Shown one piece after another: positions 18,482-26,200 of a stretch of DNA of 64,000 nucleotides. Position numbers and translations under genes: made by a program. The notes under the pieces were generated by a model that ran no database searches, had not been told where the DNA came from, and saw nothing but the letters and a program-made list of their open reading frames with translations. Source of the DNA: Cytophagales bacterium (lineage in GTDB: Bacteria; Bacteroidota; Bacteroidia; Cytophagales; Cyclobacteriaceae); NCBI GenBank assembly GCA_003454975.1, contig DMST01000116.1:26659-90658 (forward strand), read 5' to 3'. The first letter of the stretch is position 1. Every line of letters begins with the position of its first letter.

Positions 18482-19566
18482 TACAAATAGAAAGTAATAG
18501 TAAGGGCTGCTATAGCTGCAAAAAACAGAAACCCTGCATATACCATGCCTTGCAGAAAGAATTTAGCAAGGGTCTTTCGCCAGGATTGGTGATAGACCCT
18601 TTTGAACGAAAAGGCTGTATATATACTGACCAGTACAAACGCGGATAAGGCTACAATAAATCTACCCCCTGCTCCTGTTGCTACATAAATCATGACCAGG
18701 GTAGCCAAGCTAAATATCCAGTAGGCATGTGCGTGCAAATGAAGCCCATGAATAAGATGCTGGATATAAAGAAATTTATGGCGAACGTACCAAAGCCTAA
18801 GTAGGACTGCGAAAATTGGAATCATGAAAAACATCATGATGGGGATGTTCTGAATAATAGAACTAACAAAAACGTGTAGATCCGATTGGGCTATTTTTCT
18901 TGCCTGCTTAAACTCCCGCATGCTGACGGTGACCCAACCCAGGCTATCCCTTGCCACCGAATCTGTTAGGTTGATGTCGCGAAGTACTAACAGTGTCTCC
19001 TTTAGTGTAGATTGGTTAATGGACAGTCCATTTTGATTTTGAACGGCACTATCTACTATCGCTTGTACTTTTTCCTTGTCGAATAGGGTGGTGTCCAAAT
19101 CCAGCGAATCCAAAGGATGAATAGTATAGGTAGTGTCAGGGCTACTTAGGTTCAACCCGAAGCCTTCATCATCATCTGGTCCGGTCAATTTTACCTTTAC
19201 GTCCTCTCCGTTATTAGAATTGGCTAGAATGGACTGCCAGGAGCCTGATTGGTTGCCTACCAGACCTAAAACGAAGAAGTAAACCAGCGAAATTACAAGG
19301 TATAAGCGTATGGGATGTACAAAAGCCTTTCGCTTACCTTGATTGAACTGGTTGGTCAAATACCCGGGATTAAAAAAGAATGGTTTGAAGGTTCCCCAGA
19401 ACCTGGAATCGACGCCAAAATAATTGCTAAAAAACTCGGCAATAAGAGTACTAAGTTTTACGTTGTGGTCGTTGTTTTCTTGGCCGCAATTTGGACACCA
19501 ATTATATACTTCGTTTAGAGTGTAGCCACAGTTTAGGCATTGTTTTGATTTTCTGCGGATGCGCAC
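18478..19566 (-). CDS. DUF3667-family membrane protein with an N-terminal zinc ribbon
   Basis: Contains CLNCGYTL...CPNCGQEN, then PGYLTNQFNQGKRKAFVHPIRLYL and several TM helices. It overlaps the hemL stop by 4 nt (convergent). Confidence 0.8.
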   Translation of the reverse strand: MRIRRKSKQCLNCGYTLNEVYNWCPNCGQENNDHNVKLSTLIAEFFSNYFGVDSRFWGTFKPFFFNPGYLTNQFNQGKRKAFVHPIRLYLVISLVYFFVLGLVGNQSGSWQSILANSNNGEDVKVKLTGPDDDEGFGLNLSSPDTTYTIHPLDSLDLDTTLFDKEKVQAIVDSAVQNQNGLSINQSTLKETLLVLRDINLTDSVARDSLGWVTVSMREFKQARKIAQSDLHVFVSSIIQNIPIMMFFMIPIFAVLLRLWYVRHKFLYIQHLIHGLHLHAHAYWIFSLATLVMIYVATGAGGRFIVALSAFVLVSIYTAFSFKRVYHQSWRKTLAKFFLQGMVYAGFLFFAAIAALTITFYLY

Positions 19567-19709
19567 GACAGTCTGGGTTATGTCAGTGGGTGTTTGCTAT
19601 TCAGTTAAATGTAAGAAAGATTGGGATTTTTCAAGGACCCAACTTGCTTGTTTTCCACCTATTTCATAAGTAATTGTATCTTTGTAGGAAAGCTGAAACA
19701 TAGGAAAGC

Positions 19710-20834
19710 ATGCAGCGAAATTTTACGATTGCCCTAGCGGTAGGATTATTATGTATAAGTCTGATGCCCGAGGCCCTAGCACAGCGTTTGCGTGGAAGCC
19801 GAGGTCGAAATAATACGGTGGTGGCAGAACCGCTGCGTGATGATCCCAATAACATCCATAAGCTGTATTTAGGCCTTATGCCAGTATACTCGGATATGTT
19901 TGTATCCAACGTTACTTGGGGTGTAGGGGCTGACGCTATGATTTATCCCAAAACCGAATTGGGCCAGAAAAAGTATAGCGTACACTTGCATGGACGCACT
20001 ACTTATGCCCCTCAGACGGATCTGAATCGGTTTGTGCACCGGGCCAATATTTCAACGGATGAGGAGTTTGGTTTCAACTCTTTGGCGTGGTATACCTACG
20101 TAGAGGCAGGAGGAGAGTATTTCTTCTTCGATGATCAAGGTGTTACCGACATTTATAAACTACCCGTACAACGCAAAAAGTGGGATCCTCAAGAGTGGGA
20201 ATCTACCGTTACTCCTGATTTTGATATGGAAGGGAAAAAGCGAACGCTCGTGGGTGCTCGCTTTGGTTTGGTAGGTTATCGTAGCGCCGTGAACATTGGG
20301 AATGTAGCAGTACGTGACAGCATTATGATTCGTGGTACCCTCACTCAGGAAGACGGGAGTGTTTTAAATAACGTGGGTTACGATTCTGTGCGAGGACTGG
20401 CTGAGGCATTAGAAGTCCAAGACATCGCTTTCTCCAATGTTACGGTGGGTGCCATTTACGCAGGAGTTTCTATGCGCTGGATATGGAATTTGGCAGCCGA
20501 GCCTGAGGGCCATGCTGTAGCCATCCTCGATAACTTGATCACCGGTTATGCCGATGTCATTATTTCTCCGGCCGCCATCGCTTTTTCAGATATCCTTACT
20601 TTCAATGGAAGTTATGCGGTGGCAGGCTCTAGCCTAAATGAAAATTTTCAAAACCTATTTGGAGGGAGAATTGGTATAGACCTGGCACAGAACCGTTCTT
20701 TTGGATGGGGACTAAATGCTGAGATTGGTTATCGCCCAGGTTTAAGTACCGCCGGTTTTTACATGATGGGAGGCTTGCGTTTCCCGGTGCTAGGTACCGA
20801 TCTGGACTATAGCCGGGAAACGATCCTGAAATAG
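19710..20834 (+). CDS. Hypothetical secreted protein, possibly an outer-membrane protein
   Basis: Signal peptide MQRNFTIALAVGLLCISLMPEALAQ. The sequence is beta-rich with alternating-pattern segments. No family recognised. Confidence 0.6.
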   Translation: MQRNFTIALAVGLLCISLMPEALAQRLRGSRGRNNTVVAEPLRDDPNNIHKLYLGLMPVYSDMFVSNVTWGVGADAMIYPKTELGQKKYSVHLHGRTTYAPQTDLNRFVHRANISTDEEFGFNSLAWYTYVEAGGEYFFFDDQGVTDIYKLPVQRKKWDPQEWESTVTPDFDMEGKKRTLVGARFGLVGYRSAVNIGNVAVRDSIMIRGTLTQEDGSVLNNVGYDSVRGLAEALEVQDIAFSNVTVGAIYAGVSMRWIWNLAAEPEGHAVAILDNLITGYADVIISPAAIAFSDILTFNGSYAVAGSSLNENFQNLFGGRIGIDLAQNRSFGWGLNAEIGYRPGLSTAGFYMMGGLRFPVLGTDLDYSRETILK

Positions 20835-20835
20835 G

Positions 20836-21333
20836 TTATACACCCTCACCGTACTTTCCTGCCATATAATCAGCGGCGTTGTGCACATAATGAGCTGCAC
20901 TCGCCGCTAATTTATTTTTCTCCTCTTCAGTTAGCGCCCGCACTACTTTGGCTGGGGCCCCCATTACTAAAGACCCTTCGGGTATTTCTTTTCCTTCTGT
21001 CACCAAGCTGTGGGCACCAATCACACAGTAGGCACCTACTTTTGCTCCGTTCAGGATGGTGGCTCGCATGCCTATCAACGAGAAGTCACCTACAGTGGCT
21101 CCGTGCACAATAGCACCGTGTCCCACAGTGACGTCATGACCAATGTTTGTAGGTTCTCCTTCGTCTGCGTGTATCACTGCCGTATCTTGAATATTTGTTC
21201 TGTCGCCAATCGTGATGCTGTCAGCATCGCCGCGGATTACCGCTCCGAACCAAACCGAGGCATTATCTCCCAGTGATACATCTGCCCGTACTGTGGCTGT
21301 GTTGGCAATGAAAACGTCTTTACCTAGTTTCAT
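20836..21333 (-). CDS. Gamma-carbonic-anhydrase-family / left-handed beta-helix (hexapeptide) protein
   Basis: Contains hexapeptide repeats and the His pattern ...[25 protein letters not shown]..., as in YrdA/PaaY-type proteins. Confidence 0.9.
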   Translation of the reverse strand: MKLGKDVFIANTATVRADVSLGDNASVWFGAVIRGDADSITIGDRTNIQDTAVIHADEGEPTNIGHDVTVGHGAIVHGATVGDFSLIGMRATILNGAKVGAYCVIGAHSLVTEGKEIPEGSLVMGAPAKVVRALTEEEKNKLAASAAHYVHNAADYMAGKYGEGV

Positions 21334-21383
21334 ATGGGTTTTCTACTTTTGACTCTCTCTTTTCAAACAAACTAACATTTTTT

Positions 21384-22631
21384 ATGTCGCTTGTCCTTAC
21401 TCATATCAAACAATTGGTGCTTGCAGAAAAGGAACCAAGGCCTAGAGTAGCAGGAGAGGAAATGGGAACCCTCCCCGTCTTGAATGATGCCTATTTATGG
21501 TTGGAGGATGGGCGAATAAAAGCTTTTGGCGCTATGAAGGATTTGCCTTCAACGGAAGGGGTGGAGGTAATGGACGTAAGCGGTAGACTAGTGTTGCCAA
21601 GTTATGTGGACTCTCATACGCACCTGATCTTCCCTGCTTGGAGAGAAGGCGAGTTTGTGGATAAAATCAAAGGCCTGTCATACGCAGAAATAGCTGCAAA
21701 AGGAGGGGGGATACTCAATTCTGCCAGGGCTCTGGCTGAAACATCCGTTGAGGAGTTAGTAGAAAGAGCTTTGCCTAGGCTATGGGAGGTGATTGGTTTT
21801 GGTACCGGCGGTATTGAAATAAAAAGTGGCTACGGGCTGAGTGTAGAAGGGGAATTAAAAATGCTCCGGGCCATTCGCAAACTCAAAGAGTATTCACCTA
21901 TCCCAATTAAGGCTACCTTTTTAGGAGCCCATGCTCTCCCCAAGGAGTATACGGGCCAGCGGAGGAAATACATTGATCTTATTTTGAAAGAGATGCTTCC
22001 TCAGATTGCTGAGGAAGGTTTGGCAGATTATTGTGATGTTTTCTGCGAAGAGGGATTTTTCACCGAAGCAGAAACGGTGGAAATATGCGAGGCGGGTATA
22101 AATGCCGGGCTGAAGGCAAAAATTCATGCAAATCAATTAAATCGATCTGGTGGCGTACAGGCGGGGGTGAAAGTAGGGGCTGTGAGTGTTGATCATTTAG
22201 AAACCATGGGACCCGAAGAAATTCGAGCATTGCAAAAAGCTCAAACTATTGCTACTCTACTGCCGGGTTGCTCCTTGTTCTTGCGTATGCAATACCCTCC
22301 AGCTAGAGATTTGATTCGGGCGGGTATCCCTGTGGCACTAGCCACCGATTACAACCCAGGAAGTGCTCCTGCCGGCAAGATGTCATTGGTCATGAGTTTG
22401 GCCTGCATACAAATGCGCATGACTCCCGAAGAAGCACTGTGGGCGGCTACTTTGAATGGTGCAGCAGCTTTAGAATGGCAGAATGAACTTGGAACTATTG
22501 CCGTAGGAAAGCGCGCTAATGTATTTGTGACGAAGGAAATCCCAAGCTATGCTCATATTCCTTACGCCTTTGGGTCCGATGCAATTGAGACCGTGATTCT
22601 GAATGGGGAAGTGTGGCAAGTACCAACATAA
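21384..22631 (+). CDS. hutI: Imidazolonepropionase
   Basis: Contains YVDSHTHLIF (the metal-binding HxH of amidohydrolases), KIHANQL, VSVDHLE and ALATDYNPGS. 415 aa. Confidence 0.9.
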   Translation: MSLVLTHIKQLVLAEKEPRPRVAGEEMGTLPVLNDAYLWLEDGRIKAFGAMKDLPSTEGVEVMDVSGRLVLPSYVDSHTHLIFPAWREGEFVDKIKGLSYAEIAAKGGGILNSARALAETSVEELVERALPRLWEVIGFGTGGIEIKSGYGLSVEGELKMLRAIRKLKEYSPIPIKATFLGAHALPKEYTGQRRKYIDLILKEMLPQIAEEGLADYCDVFCEEGFFTEAETVEICEAGINAGLKAKIHANQLNRSGGVQAGVKVGAVSVDHLETMGPEEIRALQKAQTIATLLPGCSLFLRMQYPPARDLIRAGIPVALATDYNPGSAPAGKMSLVMSLACIQMRMTPEEALWAATLNGAAALEWQNELGTIAVGKRANVFVTKEIPSYAHIPYAFGSDAIETVILNGEVWQVPT

Positions 22632-22747
22632 CCCAATAGGGTTACGGATTGGTAACCTTTCGAACAAATGGGTGGAGGATCGTTGTTATGTTTTTATCTT
22701 ACTCGAAAACATCCTCCTTTTACACGGAAATAGATCATAACCCCACT

Positions 22748-23170
22748 ATGGAGAAAGAATATACCAACGGAGAAACTACGGTAGTTTGGCGTGCTGAGAA
22801 GTGCGTACACTCAGGTATCTGTCTTTTGGGATTGCCCAAAGTTTTCAATTTGCAGCGAAGGCCATGGGTAGATATGGAAGGCGCAGATACTACGGCTATT
22901 GAAGCCCAAGTGGCTAAGTGCCCTTCGGGTGCCTTAACCATAAAAGGAAAAGACTATTTGCGTGAACAACATCTGGATGAGATCGCGCAAGAAGGAGAGG
23001 GAATTGAGATTACCGTAGTGAAGGGTGGGCCGGTGATAGTATCCGGTGTAGCGCGGGTAAAGAATCCGCGTGGGCGTGTTTGGAAAGAAGGGCAGGATCT
23101 GGCCTTTTGCCGCTGCGAAAAATCACAGAACTATCCGTTTTGTGATGGTAGCCATGTTAAACACGACTAA
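22748..23170 (+). CDS. Fusion of a divergent 4Fe-4S mono-cluster (DUF1271-like) domain and a CDGSH iron-sulfur domain
   Basis: From Met34 of the track ORF: VVWRAEKCVHSGICLLGLPKVF...KCPSGAL (ferredoxin-like), then FCRCEKSQNYPFCDGSH (CDGSH motif). Confidence 0.75.
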   Translation: MEKEYTNGETTVVWRAEKCVHSGICLLGLPKVFNLQRRPWVDMEGADTTAIEAQVAKCPSGALTIKGKDYLREQHLDEIAQEGEGIEITVVKGGPVIVSGVARVKNPRGRVWKEGQDLAFCRCEKSQNYPFCDGSHVKHD

Positions 23171-23203
23171 GGCTTCACCTTTTCTTTTGCTGTAAAAAAA
23201 AGA

Positions 23204-23235
23204 AAGCCGCTTGGGGAACCCCCAAGCGGCTTTTT
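23204..23235. terminator. Bidirectional hairpin terminator
   Basis: AAGCCGCTTGGGG pairs with CCCCAAGCGGCTT. The stem is flanked by an A-run (23194-23200) and a T-run (23231-23235). It sits between convergent genes. Confidence 0.85.
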
Positions 23236-23253
23236 AGTGAGGCCTATCCTCGA

Positions 23254-26200
23254 TTAACGAATCACAATTCGCTCAGCAAAGCGTTTCTCCCCTTCCATAA
23301 TGGATAGGAAGTAAACACCTGGTGAAGGATCGTTTACCGTAATCTCATGATTACCTGCAATGGTGCCCTCATGACGATAAACCGTTTGACCAAGGCTGTT
23401 TGTCAATTCGATGGTTACGTCTTCGGTAGGTGTGCTAGACCACTGAAGTGTAAACGAACCCTGGTTGGGGTTAGGATATACAGCTAGGTCTAGGTCTGAA
23501 GCAAAGCTATCAGATAGGTCGTTTTTCTCGCTGGAACAATCCGAAGAGTTCTGCGTCTCTCCAGCCAAGGCGGCAATTTCAGAGTTGTCCAACCCGTTTG
23601 ACCACATCTTCACTTCATCCAAGGTACCTGAGAAGAACCGATCGGTTTTGTCATTCCGTCCACCCAGCCAGAGTGCAGTACCACTATTTGCATTTAGCGA
23701 ACCATTTACGGTAGCGGTGTAAACCGGAATTCCGTTCACAAAGCCTGTCAACGTTCCGTCTTGCAGTCTCCATGCAATGTGCGTCCAAGTACCCGTCGCA
23801 ATGTTAGAAGCCATCTGGTGTGGTCCTACGTTGCTGGTTCCAGCCAGTGAAATAACCGGTTGCCCGTTGTTCACCATTACCTGATACGAGAAGCTGCTGC
23901 CATCACGGTTTTTGGCCATCAGTACTGCATACTTGGTTGATTGGCTAGTATTTACCCACATCGCAATGGTGAATTCGTTCGACAATTCGAAAGCAGATGC
24001 TGAACCAATGTTGACATAGTCGTTAGCGCCGTCGAATACCATACCTGCGCCATCATAACCAGCGCCGCGTGTCGCTCCTACAATAGTACCATCGTTCAAT
24101 CCCAGAGAATCTACTGCGGTACCTGAAGCACAATCGTCAAAGAGCCATGCACCCAAAATATCGTCTGGGCATTCTGCAGGACTATTGCTGATCCTTGATA
24201 CTTCAGAAGCCATAGTTTGAGATTCCAGAGCTTCGTTAAAGATTCGGATCTCATCAATAGCTCCTTTGAAAGGGCGATTGCCGTCTGGGCGAGCACCAAT
24301 ATAGTGAGAGCCAGAAGCAGTAAAGTTGATGTTTCCAGAAAGGTTAGTTACCGTTCTGTCGGCTACTCCATTAATGTATATCGTAAGCGTGCCTTCCTCA
24401 TAAGTGACCCCGATATGAGACCAAGTGTCCACAGAAAGTGAAGTATTGGCGTCAAAATATCCAGGGTTGGAAAGTCCTCCCAAATAAACGCGAGGTAGCA
24501 ATGAGTTCAGAACGATCACGTTCGAGATACCGGCTTCACTACGGTACAGTAGTACCTCGTTATTGCCATTGCTCTTGGTCGGATATACCCAGAAACTGTA
24601 GCTAAGCGCGTCGCCTTCACCCAAGGTATAAGCCGAGTCATTCAAGTTGGTGTAGTCGTCTACACCATCAAACCACACAGCCTGGTTGTTGTAACCCGAG
24701 GAAACGTATGTATCACCAGAGATTACACCTACCGTAGTGTCATCGGCACCGTTGGTGAGGGTAGTACTGGCACAATCGTCCATGTCAAAGGAGGCCATGA
24801 TGCTGGTTTCATCTGCAGGACATGCTACAGGAGCCTCCTCAAAGCTTGCCAAATAGCTGGCCTGATTGGCTTCCAAGGCGGCAGCATAAATCTGAACCTC
24901 ATCGATCATACCGTCAAAGGCTTGAGCATTAGCCCCGTTACTGCTACCAATCCAAACGGGTTGACCGAAATTGGTATTCAGTGATCCCGCAGGAACAGCA
25001 AGCTGAGAGTTCTGAACTCCATCGATGAAGATGGTCACCAAGTCGTTACCATAGGTGACGGTAACGTGGTGCCAGGGGCCGTCGGCAATGGAAGCACCCG
25101 TACTCTTGTATGGACCGATCTCTTGCAAACCTCCCATGAATACTTCCACAATTCCGCCATTCAACCGGATCATCCAGCTGCTATTAGAACCGTCCTGATT
25201 GCGAAGAATCAGCCATTGCTTAGCATTGGATGAGGTTTTTAGCCACATGGCAACACTAAAGGAAGAGGTAAAGGCCAATGAAGAGTCTGTACCTAAAGAG
25301 ATGTAGTCGTCTACGCCATCAAAATCGAGACCTTGATTGATGTAACCACCACGCCAATCGGCTCCTGATACGGTTCCGTCAGTACCATCAGTTACATCGT
25401 TGGTTGCTATATCACCAGAACAAGCATCCAGACCAAGATCAACAATTAACTGAGACAAGTCACAATCCTCAGGGCCAGTAAAGTTAACTCCTCCGTCTAC
25501 CGTTACTGAAGCCGTTCCAGTGCTTACATTGCCTGAAGAATCGGTTACCGTCAGAGTTACGGTTATGGTTCCGATGTCAGAACAAGCGAAACTAGTTTGA
25601 CTCAAGACCATGCTGGCAATGCCACAGTTGTCTGAGCTTCCATTGTCCACCGCTTCAGCGGTAAGAGAAGCGCTTCCACTTGCATCCAGCGTAATCGTAA
25701 CATTCTGAGTTACCACTGTAGGAGCCACAGAATCGACCACAGTTATCGTAACTGAATCAGTGGCAGAGTTGCCCGATGGATCAGTAATGGTAACACCCAT
25801 CCTGAGGCTTCCAATGTCGGAGCATCCGAAGGAAGTCCGATCAAGCACCTCGGTGAATGAGCAGTTGTCAAAACTGCTATTGTCGATATCAGCAAAGCTT
25901 AAAGAAGCAGATCCATTGCCGTCCAAATACAAGGTGGCATTCTGCACCGATAGGGTAGGGGCTATGGAATCAATTACAGTAACCGTAACGGTGGTGCTAC
26001 CTTCGTTCTCGAAGTCATCGAAACCACTTAGCGTGACCGAATTGGCACCTAGATTACTACACGTAAAGGTGTATTGAGAGAGCTCAAGTGTTAGATTACA
26101 GTTGTCCGAACTACCGTTATCAATATCACCTTCAGTGATGGTAACCGAACCCGCTGCATCCAGATATACCGTGAGGTCTTGACCTATCACGGTAGGTGCG

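Noticed and set aside
21384-22631. hutI occurring without hutH/hutU/hutG neighbours, considered as a possible anomaly.
   Set aside because: Dispersed hut genes are common, and the other genes may lie outside the window. This is not informative on its own.
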